From contig JACOZN010000020.1 in the NCBI GenBank assembly GCA_016181305.1, positions 1 to 24,044 on the forward strand: a DNA stretch of 24,044 bases, given 5' to 3'. Source of the DNA: Candidatus Woesearchaeota archaeon. GTDB taxonomy: Archaea > Nanobdellota > Nanobdellia > Woesearchaeales > GW2011-AR4. Position numbers and translations under genes: made by a program. This document shows, in pieces, positions 24,044 to 24,044 of this stretch (position 1 is the first letter of the stretch; each line of letters begins with the position of its first letter). The notes under the pieces were generated by a model. The model made no database searches and had not been told where the DNA came from. It saw only the letters and a program-made list of their open reading frames with translations.

Positions 24044-24044
24044 C

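Noticed and set aside
1-24044. CRISPR arrays, tRNA/rRNA genes, transposases and integrases
   Set aside because: No regularly spaced repeat-spacer units, cloverleafs with T/D-loop consensus, rRNA-like tracts or recombinase motifs were seen by eye.

Overview
Archaeal genomic DNA, most likely a DPANN/Woesearchaeota-like organism. This is inferred from archaeal-type uS2, RadA, RPA and TRAM proteins and from TATA boxes about 23-30 nt upstream of start codons. Positions 1-11.9 kb hold a + strand surface-structure locus: a 5'-truncated Cys-rich/TSP3-repeat membrane protein, 16 consecutive genes with class III (prepilin-like) signal peptides, and a final membrane-anchored gene. Two of the 16 are micro-ORFs absent or mis-started in the ORF track. 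The last prepilin-like gene carries a C-terminal M15 (VanY/LAS-type) zinc peptidase domain, a family that cuts peptidoglycan stem peptides, which archaea do not make. Positions 12-15.6 kb hold RPA, an AT-rich foreign-looking membrane gene, a small putative ssDNA-binding protein behind a highly structured leader, and radA with an apparent frameshifting N-terminal deletion. Positions 15.6-24 kb hold a SAM methyltransferase with an in-frame TGA, a bacterial-type plsC-plsC-gpsA operon, rps2, thpR, a TRAM protein, and a thiolase / family III CoA-transferase / methyltransferase-FabG fusion operon whose FabG part is split by a deletion. Three candidate structured RNAs lie at 11940-12072, 14199-14318 and 19357-19444. 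Leading hypothesis (inference): a pilus-borne apparatus that attaches to and attacks bacterial cell walls, in an archaeon also equipped for fatty-acyl/G3P lipid handling. All family assignments come from motif recognition, with no database search.
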